A DNA stretch of 61,078 bases, counting the filler, from Basidiobolus ranarum (Eukaryota), in the NCBI GenBank assembly GCA_040143965.1. It is 14 parts of 14 records of this genome, joined end to end, with 100 filler letters (N's around TTAATTAATTAA, not from the genome) between each part and the next. Parts side by side here need not be neighbours in the genome. Positions count along the whole stretch, not along the records: positions 21,892 to 26,164 come from JASJQH010008912.1; positions 26,265 to 30,535 come from JASJQH010008913.1; positions 30,636 to 34,906 come from JASJQH010008914.1; positions 35,007 to 39,276 come from JASJQH010008915.1; 10 more parts are not named here. One strand, given 5' to 3'. Positions 24,852 to 36,312 of the stretch are shown in pieces (positions within the stretch are counted from its first letter, which is position 1; each line of letters opens with the position of its first letter). A program made the position numbers and the translations under genes. The notes beneath the pieces are model-generated. The model was given only the letters and a program-made list of their open reading frames with translations, made no database searches and was not told the DNA's origin.

Positions 24852-25694
24852 TCAATTGATGTTATATGTATTATATATATAACTATGGGTATTTTTAATA
24901 TAATCTGTTAATTTTTGATTTCTATCATAATTATATAACCCAACAAATGGGATTTTTTGGTTAAAAATATATTCATAAATATTTTTCTGTGCTTCCTTAT
25001 CCAATAATAAATTTATATAATTTTTAATATTATTGGACGTTAAAAAAAATACAAAATACTTTTGTAGATTTTGTAATAAAAAACTTTCATCTATATCATA
25101 TTTAAATTTGGGATAAAAGTTGTTTGAAAATAAATTACAAATGATTAAAGTATTTTTGTCATGAATTTATTGATACTAATTAATATAATGTGGCTTAAGA
25201 CCGGGAACAATTTCTGGGAGATTAATAGATTGTATTTTATAGTATTTGAAAACATCTGGGATAGAATTTTTATTTCTTTCATACCGTTCATCATTGCTAT
25301 TGGTTAAAACAATTATTTTATTAATGTCACAAACATTAAAAAACACAGAATGGAAAAAGTCCATAAAATATTTAATGGGTTTTGTGTGCAACCTGTCTCT
25401 TTTGACAACAAGAACAATGAGATTAAAATCTTTATTGTTAAAACTAAGGAATTGTTTTTTATATTCAAAAATCTCGTTACTTAATGTGTCAGAATCATCA
25501 GTGAGGCTCTTAAAAGGGAATCCTGGTGTATCATGTACTAAAATACTATGATCACTAGAAAAACCGGATGTAATAATTGTTGTACAACTATTAAGAGATG
25601 AGGATGACTGAAATATATTATTGCCGGTTATAGCTTTAGCCAAATTGGACTTGCCGGAACTTTGTAAACCTAGTAACAAAATGCTAAACACCAT
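24852..25694 (-). pseudogene. AIG1/GIMAP-like P-loop GTPase 1 (two in-frame stops)
   Basis: ILLLGLQSSGKSNLAKAITG..FQSSSSLNSCTT (G1/G2), VHDTPGF (G3), LVVKRDR, IVLTNSN (G4). The frame stays open for about 100 more codons after TAG 25176-25178 and TAA 25167-25169, to TGA at 24852. Confidence 0.85.
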
Positions 25695-26264
25695 ATGTAG
25701 ATATATACATTATACATAAACCATGCAAGACAAATTTATACTCACTTATAGGGGAAAATTGGGGGGAATCATTTCTCATAACCAACAATTGGGCACAACA
25801 GCTCCTGCATTACAAAACACCAGTAGTTTTGGCACACCGGTGACAAATCACAGCACTTGATGATGGATTAATCTGCAGTATGATAGTAGTGATCAGGATC
25901 GCTTGATTCATCATTTTAGATCAGCAAATTATTTATTCAATCATGTAAGCTTCTAATTGGGTGAAAATGTGAATGGATTGAGCCATATCAAGCTAATACG
26001 GCTGCTCAAGCTTTTTATTGACAGACATTTTTCATTTGATTGTAGTGAAATCGCTTGTATTAATAGGCTATCATTGATTTTTTTGATATATGACAATTTC
26101 ACGCTATCAGTGTTTCATAAACACATAGGCAATTGTGATCTAACTAAAGCGATTTATGCTATATNNNNNNNNNNNNNNNNNNNNNNNNNNNNNNNNNNNN
26201 NNNNNNNNTTAATTAATTAANNNNNNNNNNNNNNNNNNNNNNNNNNNNNNNNNNNNNNNNNNNN

Positions 26265-26907
26265 TTGTGTTCATTGGGGAACTCTGTGTCCAGAGCAGCT
26301 CTGAGCTCTTTGAGAAGTAGCAAATAGTTAGCGCTGTCACTTTTATCAACAATGTTACAGATGGCAGCCTGTCTTCCAGGATATTCCCAATCGATATCGA
26401 TTCCATCAAGATCCCAGCCATCAGGGTTGGCATCATAGTCAGGCTTGGTGTTTTTGCGGACAAATACAAGAGCATTATTGATGAACTTCTTGCGTAGTGC
26501 CGCATCACGTACAACAGTGGAGAAGGTTTGACTACCAGTCCAGCCACCCAACGAGATCAGAGTCTTTACACCCTTTGCACTGGCTACTTGCTTGAGTTTA
26601 CGAATTCTGTTGCCATCATAGTATCTGTCGATAGTGATTTCGGTAGGGTCAGCAGTTTTCTTGGTAAGTACTCCAAATCCTGAAGCAGACAGATTAATGT
26701 TAGTGACATGCAATTATTATTGAGCAATTTCGGGAGCCTACCGTAATTAATATGGGTAACCTTGTCCAAGCTTAGCTGTTCTGGTTCCACTTTACCCCAA
26801 GGCACATAGTAGCCAACAACAACCTTATCATCGGCAGCCAAGCTTCCAAGTGGAGCAAATAGTAAGGTTGCAGATAGTGTTGAAAGTATGAAGATAGAGA
26901 GCCTCAT
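26265..26907 (-). CDS. Secreted GH18 chitinase, 3' truncated (intron 26741-26680)
   Basis: Signal peptide, VVGYYVPW, THINYG/GFG, KTLISLGGWTGS, catalytic DGIDIDWEYPG (DxDxE). Confidence 0.95.
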
Positions 26908-28207
26908 TATGTAATTCTTGAATGAATACTACTCGGAAATTTGTTCAGGTTTTATAGGAAAATAATGAGTGGTGTGATTACTCGAGCGGAGGAAAGCCCT
27001 CTGACTTTGATGTGGCGGCACAGCATTTAATTAAGCTATCAACTGTATATCGTTTCCTAAAGCACTCAAATTCGACCTAGTTAGTACATATTATACAACT
27101 TGGTTACACTCGCTACTTCGATCCTGAATTCATCTTGAATATAAATACTCTTGTGTACTCTACTTGACTACTTATGTCGAAGGCCAATTCTAAATACTGG
27201 ATATTAAACACGTACTAAAACCAGGATAGGTAGAGTGAGTATACTGGGCCGAGGGTATATGTAATATGATTTTGACTCTAACTCGTGCACGGGAGTTTCT
27301 ATATGTGTATGCAATAGACATTGGAGTTACTACTTCAGTAGGTGATGAAAATTACAAACTTAGATAAATAGGATCCAATGCGTGTAACTTGGACCCTTAC
27401 GTGATTATTATTGATATTATATAATTTAAAGAACAAGCATGGTTACACCCATTGACCGGTTAGCTACTATAGATATTTTACTCTAGTTACGAATAAAAGG
27501 TATACTAGATCGTGTTTGTGCGTGCAACACAAGATGTGTTTCAATATTGTGGAAAGTATTTTGAAACTGGAATAGAAGAATACTAATATATTGAGTTGTA
27601 CATAAATACTTAGAGTACCAACATCGTTTTGCTAATCGGTTTATTGCAAAGCTAACTCAACTTAGATCCCAATTAAGCTTAACGATCATACTTAGTGTAT
27701 AATCCTAGCTAACACTGACTTTGGCTATGACCATGAACTGTAAACATTGCGTACCACATTATTGATTTGTGCAAGACCCGGACATTTGTATGCTTAATAT
27801 CCTAGACTACATATAACCAGTAGTTACTACAAAATCCATTCTTTCAATCTCATAAAGTGCATTCGGTACTACATCTTAAATCCTTTTTTTTGTAGGTATC
27901 TGCATATTAAATCCCCTTTTAATATCCCGTTCATTAATAAACAAGTTGCCCAACTTCTTCGTAGTATAACTTCCCCCCTATTCTGTACTTTAAGGAGCGT
28001 TATCATGGATAGTTGCATTGACTGCAGTCAAGGGTTTAGGGTTAGCCAGTCAACTTGGTATAATAAAGAAATAGAATCACCAGTAAAATATGGACGAAAG
28101 GTATAAGATCCGCTTTGGGTTCCGGCCCATGGCTGAGTTAAATTACTGGTCCATCCTCTAGAGATTTCATTAAGCATCCATACCATACTTCCTTAATTTA
28201 GCGAGTG

Positions 28208-29284
28208 ATGAAGTGGCTTGTGTTAATAGTTATCTCATTGATATTTAGCTATACAACCTCTGCAACTCCAATCACTAGTCATTCAATTATTGACGGTCAA
28301 GAGTTAGATGACCTCAAAGTCCATGCTAAGTACGCTTCTGCTGCGTACTGTCCACAGACTCAATTGACAGATTGGTCATGTGGGGAAAGTTGTGTGGGCA
28401 GACTGAACGTAACCTCTTACTTTACCAATGTAACCACAGGTATAGCTGGATATATTGGCTACAGCAACGAAGATAAGAAGATCGTTGTTTCATTCCGCGG
28501 GTATGGATTTTTAGGTGTTGTAAATGAGAACTGATCAAGAACTAATTGTATGTATAAATTTTTCTAGGTCGTCTAATTGGTCAAATTGGGCAAAGAATAT
28601 GGAGTTCCTTCCCCGAACATTTGTCTATCCCATGGCCAATGAAGATGTTCAGGTCCACAGTGGGTTCTATGCGACGTATGCTAGTGTCGAGAGTACTGTT
28701 CGCGCAGAGCTCAAGCTGGTCTTAGCATTGTTACAAAACCATACGGATACCTACAAATTAATCATCACTGGCCATTCTTTGGTGAGTTGAATACATGTAT
28801 GCTATAGTTTTTACTTGTCATTCTTTAGTAACTAATACCGTTGGAATAGGGAGGTGCAGTTGCAACCTTTTGTGCGATGGATATCAAGCGGAGTTACTTG
28901 AATCCTAAAAGTAAAAGGTCATTCGAATCAGAGTTACAAATAATCGATAGTTCTCAAATATACTTGCATACATATGGCCAACCAAGAGCTGGAAACTTGC
29001 ACTTTTCTCAGCTAGTACATAAGACCTTTGCCTTGAATAGCACGAGTACAACTTTGGCAAGAATCACCAATAAAGGTGACCCAGTCACTAGACTACCACC
29101 GCGAAAGATGGGGTATCTTCACCATCCACATGAGATTTACATTCGCCATGACAATACTACGGTAAGCTGTCAAGATACGGTCGACAACAAAGTAAACGAA
29201 GACCCTAGTTGCATTTTAGGAGTCCTTCTTCCAATCAATTATAGAGAACACTCTAACTACTGGGATGTCACCTTTGGTTGTTAA
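28208..29284 (+). CDS. Secreted class-3 lipase (two introns, about 28501-28568 and 28782-28849)
   Basis: Signal peptide, YASAAYC, IVVSFRG, VHSGF, spliced GHSLGGAVA, TYGQPRAGN, DPVTRLPP, YLHHPHEIY, catalytic His (EHSNYW). Confidence 0.95.
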
Positions 29285-30155
29285 AGTAATGGTGCATTTT
29301 ACCTCTCGATTTGAATAGATTCTTTCAGCTTATAGCGGTTAGTAAGAGAGTAAGTTTAGATTTTCGAAGATGTATATGAATTTTGGTGATAATGCGAAAT
29401 CAAGTGTAATAAATCCTTCTTTTTGAACTAGTAAATCAGTATATGATTGTGCACGAAAGCCTTGATTGCACACACTAGTATATGGGAAGAATCGGGCTTG
29501 CCCAAATTTTCCAAACGTCAGATCTCTGACCTACGACTCAACTAAGGAAGAGAAACTGTTGACAATATTGCTACCAAGCACTCTCTAATCTGTATAGCTT
29601 TTATTAATTTTGCAACCATTTGCATATTTTAAATATTTGATAATACTTTATTTTTACTTGATTTAATATATATATTCTACTAACCTCTCCAGGACACAAT
29701 TTAAGGGTTCTGACTCCTGCAAATACTGATGAGCAGTCTTATCTTGAGATAGAAAATTCTGCAGCTGTATGGCAGTAATCCAAAGGCACTAATTGTTGCA
29801 TATTTATAAGGGCCCTCAGAAAGTTGAGAAACCAAGTAAGTGGTTCAAAAGACTGAAAATGTGTCCAGTTTGGTGAAGTCCTTGATAGTGAGAGGAAGAA
29901 GTAGGATGCCTAACTCTAGAAATGGAAATACCAACTATTTGAGCAGAAGTAGATAATTCAGAGCAGATGTAAGACTTGCTCCATTTTATTGAGCCAGATC
30001 AGGCCAGCTAAAAAGTGTGCCAGCACAGTTTGGCATGATTGGACACTATCCAGCATGATGTTATCTACCAGGGTATAGATGTTCTGGTAAGGGTAAGGGA
30101 GGGTAAGGATGAAATGAGGGGGTCTAGGGGATTGCATCCCCTATGTACACCCTTC

Positions 30156-30535
30156 TGTCACTGTTGTGCACCAACATTAAAAGTTGTCTAACTTATGCCA
30201 TATCTATACAACATGCATGAATATCTGTTTAGTTTATCATTATTGCTAACAAGTCACCTGACCTTATCCAGTGACTTTATCATGTGACCTATCACCTGAC
30301 TAACTATCTATATGCTTATCCTTTATATCAGATCATATGACCAATCACATGATCATTATCCAATCAGTATTAACCTCTGAGTCATCTGCCTAGACACAAG
30401 TCAATAAGAGTCACAAGATTCAATACCAATGATCTTTCACTGCCAAGACTTCAGCTGATGCATGACTCACTTATCTATCTATCTATCTATCCAATCACAT
30501 TTTCTTCTATCAGAATTAGTCATCTAATATCTTGG
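30156..30535 (+). repeat. Putative Gypsy-type LTR with decayed TCACGTGA-like motif array and (CTAT)n tract
   Basis: Starts TGTCAC. Contains repeated TCACCTGA, TCATGTGA, TCATATGA and TCACATGA; essentially CpG-free. Confidence 0.4.
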
Positions 30536-30635
30536 NNNNNNNNNNNNNNNNNNNNNNNNNNNNNNNNNNNNNNNNNNNNTTAATTAATTAANNNNNNNNN
30601 NNNNNNNNNNNNNNNNNNNNNNNNNNNNNNNNNNN

Positions 30636-31062
30636 CGAGTGCAAAAAATACTCGATTCTTTTGTCTGGCGTAAAGGGAGCAGGGTATGTACCTCTTGTTG
30701 CTATAATACAAGTTTTCTATTAATGCGTCGTTACCTGGGCTTACGAAAATTGACCACTTCCCCGACTCTTTATAAAGGAAGTATAGACAAACAATAAACT
30801 TCATAATTTCAGCAAAAAAAACCACAGTTGAGGCTATATAAAGGGGCTGTCCAGGCTGCTGTACAATACGGGAGTAGCGCAGTAACAAGACAAGAGCGCT
30901 GTTTTGCACAACCAAAGTACATAGACTCAGGTATTTCCTGAACGTCTCATCACCTTTTGTAAATAATGTTTAGTAGAGGGTTTCATCAAGGGTCATGGCT
31001 ATTAGTCACTTACTCTTAGTTTTGACAACATTGGGTAAAGGTAAATCCAGATCACCCTTCAT
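30636..31062 (-). CDS. Nucleotide-sugar (UDP-galactose type, SLC35A-like) transporter, 5' part
   Basis: Spliced MKGDLDLPLP...KYLSLCTLVVQNSALVLLLRYSR...YIASTVVFFAEIMKFIVCL. ATG at 31062 is inferred from an in-frame GT-AG intron. Confidence 0.85.
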
Positions 31063-34014
31063 TTTACTAATGAGATGAACAGGGGAGCAAACTAGGAGTG
31101 TAGGAAGGGAAGATGAGGTCAGCAGTAGAAGGTTGGAGGAAGTGAAAACGACTTATGGTAAAGATCAGTAGGTGATGTGTACGGGAAAAATGCGGAGTTG
31201 GTCGGTTAAAAGGAGGCAATCGTAAAATGAAGTAATGGCTGAAAGAAAAAGGAGAGGAGAGAATATGAGGAGAGAAAGGTTATGGAGAAATTTTCGGGTT
31301 AAAAAGAAAATAGACTCTCCATTTCAATATCACAAATCCTTAATTGGTATTCGCAATTAGTAGATGAAGATATATAATGTGACACAAAAATAGACAACCG
31401 GAAGCAAGTGCCCACTTTTCCCTTAACAATCGCAGTGAATCTATGTATCTAATACATGCGAGTTTCTGAGTACGATATTTCATTTTTCTATAACAATGCA
31501 GATGTTGTTTACCTGTGTGTTGGTGATGAACGGAGAGAATCTGTTAGTCTTGATAATTTACGTAAGATACTATCGAGATCCTACTGTAGAGTAGAAGTAA
31601 CTCTATTTCTCAGTTGATCCCATCTTCTGTAGAATCAAGTAGTCTAAAAGCAATAAGGTGCAATGGAATATCTAACTCCGTATATTCTCTGTAAGGTTAA
31701 CCATAAAAAAGTTCTAGCCAATTATACTCTAGCCAAATCGTGCATCGCATTTGTTGGGTCAGCATTTTGCATAGCTGGTAAATTCTAGTATGGTTGTATC
31801 CAGATGAAAGGATCACGTGGTACCTTCAGGGCGATCTAGGCTATCTCGATAATATATATCATTGAGTGAGTCAAACAATCTCAAATTAATAAACACCGTT
31901 TGTTTCAAGATGTTTTAGTTTCATAATTAGCAAATATACCATCAACAAGCGATAATATTGCTGTATTATAGATGCATAACTCGCTACAAAGCCACAATTT
32001 GGCCATACAACAAGCACTCTTTCCCCAACGCCTCCAATACCTACTCTGATTGTAGTATTACTAATCGATGGTCATATCCATGACCCCTAGATGCACTACT
32101 TCACTCCAATATAACTAGGCCATAAAGCGAGCTTCTCTTGTTCGCATCGATAAGGCGTAGTTGAGTGGTTTATATGAAGTCTTTTCTACACACAAATGCT
32201 CGCGTTCTTGACACCCATATTGGCCAAATCTACTATGTCTCATTTAGGTATATGGCATGTCTTCAGTGCTCCGAAGCTGAAGGGGACTATGTATATAAAT
32301 AGATAGGTGAATAATGTCCTTTAAAAACACTAAGCATATAGACAAGATCATGGCTTTTACTGCTTGAAACCTGCTATCTTGTCCATTGTATGCATTGAGA
32401 TGAGAAAATCTTCAAACAGAAATTATATCATCTGTTGTACGACTTCCATTGGGTGTTTCTAATGTTAGCGCCACCTAATTATAGTAGGAGAGATTATTTG
32501 CACATCCAACTGCATTCGTTCTAGATACATTAATCAAGATGACTTGCTGCATTCCAGTTACTGTAAACCAGACATGGTCACCAATAATAGTACAGTTCCA
32601 CGTAGAACTATAGAAGCAACCAGCGTCAGTTTGGTTTTAGGTGAAATACTGCACTAACATGGGTCAGGGATTGTCCTTAGAGGGTTTGTAATTAGTAGAT
32701 AACAAGGTACTCATTGGATCGCAACCTGAGAGGCTTAGTAACATAGGTAAAGTTGCAACAAAAACAGTATGCTGTAACTCTGTAACTCCCTGCCGATGAT
32801 GAACACTGAATGCAGTCATATCAGTGACATATATGTGGGGTACGGGATATTGAAATAGAGGACATTAAAGCAATATAAAAAATTTCGCAAGCTATAGGCT
32901 GCTGTGATGTTGATTAAAATCATTATTTCTTGCTGATGCGCCTCAATCCCATAGTATACCAGGTATCTTCATACTGGGCGTTTTGAAACTTCATATTTAA
33001 ACAAGAATTCTTTAGATCTAAATTGAAGCGTGATCTTTCTGACTTTGTATTGGTTGCCATTGAGCATTTCTAACTAATGCTATGAGATATGAAAAAGTAT
33101 TGCGTGATTACTATATCCTTGTGTAAAACCTGGAAGAATTGTTTTAAGGACCATACCCACTAATGAATATCTTTATGTATGTACTAGTATAGAATTCGAC
33201 GTAGTAAATCGCACAGCATCCTGGTTATGGGGTAATTTCAGTTGAACGGAGAGATCACTGCCCCTTTTCAAAATGGCGTAGTGGGTGTTTTCGCAGAAAA
33301 GAAACCTACGAGACAATGTGGCTACAGTCGTTGTATCACAAGAGCTTCATCCCAAGCTTAAAGTAACAGTAACCTTCATACCTGGCTTGTTTATCGGAAA
33401 TCTAGCCAATTATATGATTGCCATACAATTTGGGCCTTTACAACAATCTTAAAGTTTATCTTGATAGATAAGTAACACCTAGATATTTGAGTGGCACTTT
33501 TTAAAGAAACATAAGCCACAGATTTCTACTTACAACCGCCACCAAATAATTATAGATGAGTGTCTCCTGTGCAGAGAATTCATTGGTATTTTAGGCACTC
33601 CCACTATTGTAGCAACATCAGCTCTTGGACTTTCGGTATATTACCTCTGGATGTTATTGGTTTTTATCATATCCATGAGTATCTAGTTAAGTATCAGCAA
33701 ACTTTACCAGGCCAAAAACAACAGCAGACCCAAAATATCCTCCATAACATTGGAGATTATATATCTGAGAGGAAAGTTTCCTCAAGGCCTCTTCCAAAAA
33801 CATCACCTAACTTATATAACTAGTATTCATACTCTTTGACATCAGTAACATACTATTTTTCATATTCCTTGATGACTTTGAATGAAGCTTCCAGACAAAC
33901 CTCAATACTTATCTACTTCTTTCTTTTGTTACTATTATATTGTACATTGGGAGAAAAGTATAGAGAAAATGAGACAACTGTTGAAATCAACATATCCTAT
34001 TGAAGAGATATAGC

Positions 34015-34607
34015 TGTTGAAATTAGCATTGCCTAAACACCTATATAGTCATATATAGCTTAGTATTTAGTTATTCCACATTTCACTAAGATATCACACA
34101 CTATTTTCAAATGGAATTTACTTAGAATATTGTTACCAACTTATCCAAGAAGCCCCAAATTCTCCACACATGTTCCTGGTGTTAAAGTATCTTGGGAATC
34201 TGTTGGAAGTGGCTTGGAGAACTAGAGGAATTGATGGTTTTAACTTAATGATTTATTGAGTTAAAACTTGAAAGTTGAGATCTATAGTTTTGTAAATTGA
34301 AATTGAGAATAGTGCATGATATCTTAGTGAAATGTGGAATAAATAAATTTCAATTAACTTGGAATATTTCTTACCAACTTAGAAGTTCTCGGATATATAG
34401 ATTTTTCAAACTTGTGCTAGAAGTCCAAAGCCTTGCACACATGTTTTTTGGACCTTTCTTGACATACTCTATATGTTTTTTTGCTTACATCTTGACAAAA
34501 CTATAGATCTCAACTTTCAAGTTTTAACTCAATAAATCATTAAGTGATAACCATCAATTCCTCTAGTTCTCCAAACCACTTCCAACAAGCTCCCAAATAC
34601 TTTAACA
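34015..34607 (+). repeat. Rearranged LTR family B cluster with inverted segments
   Basis: LTR 5' end at 34015; inverted LTR 3' end at 34180-34293; inverted internal piece at about 34296-34345; forward LTR 3' portion ending TTTAACA at 34607. Confidence 0.85.
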
Positions 34608-34906
34608 GGTTATGAGCCCTAATCTTGCACTCTCTGTAAAGTCTACTTCTCAGATTTATGGAACTTTTCCCTCTTCTGAAAAATTGGATGAAACCAATTA
34701 TCAGGTTTAGAAAATTATAATGAATATGCTGCTGCAAGAAAAAGGACTTTGGGACACTATTGTAGGAGAAGAAAACAATGCAAAACTATCTGAAACCAAA
34801 ACTTTACTCCTAGTTAAACAAGAACAAAGTGCCTTTAACACAATTTGTCTTAATGTTGAAGACAAATTGCTAATTCATTGTTCAAGAGCTAAAACTGCCA
34901 AGAAGG
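34608..34906 (+). mobile_element. Copia PBS (GGTTATGAGCCC) and gag N-terminus
   Basis: PBS abuts the LTR end. Gag reads MNMLLQEKGLWDTIVG...AFNTICLNVEDKLLIHCSRAKTAK; same family as 53760 onward. Confidence 0.88.
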
Positions 34907-36312
34907 NNNNNNNNNNNNNNNNNNNNNNNNNNNNNNNNNNNNNNNNNNNNTTAATTAATTAANNNNNNNNNNNNNNNNNNNNNNNNNNNNNNNNNNNNNN
35001 NNNNNNTTCGATCTCGGTTTTTACTACATTCAATAATCTTTTATCAATTTCATGCATTTTTTCTGGATGGACTTTTTGCAGCTAGAATGATTCATTTAGG
35101 TAATTTATGAAGATCATACGATGATATATTTATCAAGCCAGTTTGCTGACAGGCTGCTCAAGATAAGATGTAGACCAGTGGCATATCATTATTGTCGTGC
35201 TGATCGTAGGAGATATCGCCGTGAGATGCGTTATTGGATGGCAAGTAGCAAATCAAATTCTGGCTCAGCATGTATACCGCTTAGATTGAAATGGTATATC
35301 CGGAGTGATGCACAGTGGGGGAGATATTACCTTAACAGTTATGTCAATACGATGGCTACTCCTTGTATGATCCAAACACATAACCACTGCACTCTTACAC
35401 AGCTGATTATGCCGTTTTAAGTGGCTTCTGGTCATCTGGATGCTGTTGATTTTAACAAGGCGAACCACACAAGTGCAATGGATGAGCTGATCCTTGGGTC
35501 CAGAGGCTATCGAACAGCACTCAGGTAGTGCTACTTGCCTTTTCATTGTAAGTGTACAGGCTATTTCAACTCCAAATTGCAGGCGACTCCCTCTCCGACG
35601 CTAGTGGGCCAAAGCTGTAGAACCAGTAGATTGTTGATGTGCCTCATTGACATGACTGGTTTGCCGGCCTGCCCAATCCACACGGCAACTCCCTTTGGGG
35701 CAAGAATAGAGGTGACCTAATTGCCAATAGTGTGTTTAGTGCAAAACCATATCCTACTTTGTGATAGGTGGGCATTCTCTGCCAATGGCCAAGTATAATG
35801 ACCAGCTAAAATCCGCCCTTTTCTGATTGAGATCACACGCATGATGTAGAGCTGGTTGACTGTAGTTGTGATTGTCCATGATAGTTACATAGTTGTAATC
35901 CTATTTCAAAGGCAGATGCATTCCACAAAACCGAAACCAGAGCGACTTCAAATTAAGGATGATTAGGTAGAGTGGAGTAAATAAAGAGACACGCATGTTG
36001 TTTATTATATGTGCATAATGAATTATTATCTATTGCAGATGACAGATTGGGGTAGGTCTTAGTTTCATTGCAAAGTTTGGATTCCTATTGACTTGGACTT
36101 CTATTCGTTTGACTGATAGGACGATCAGCTATTCGTTTGACTAAAATCGCAATCACCTGAGTGAGCAGAAACCCTGTCTGAATGTTCCTATAAAAGCCTG
36201 ACTTCTTAGTAAAGAGAATCCTACCTAAGTTATCTCCATCTATTCAGTTCAGATCTTACTTGGTTCATTATTTACTTCACTAGATTTCATCCTCTCACCC
36301 TACTGACCCCGC

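Larger units (their letters stand above)
22249..25760. mobile_element. Endogenous virus/linear-plasmid-like element (pPolB plus two AIG1-like GTPases)
   Basis: Intronless, very AT-rich, densely packed genes including a protein-primed DNA polymerase. Boundaries are approximate. Confidence 0.75.

Noticed and set aside
25167-25178. Stop-codon reassignment (TAA/TAG read as Gln) in the element
   Set aside because: Only two in-frame stops, both in one gene. The polymerase and GTPase 2 have none internally, use CAA/CAG, and end on TAA.
25760-26164. Right-hand terminal inverted repeat or further element gene
   Set aside because: Only a short CAATTGGGCAC similarity to the left repeat; the 25957 ORF has no recognisable motif.
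35121-35720. Short ORFs upstream of PTR2
   Set aside because: No motifs; likely spurious or too decayed to call.
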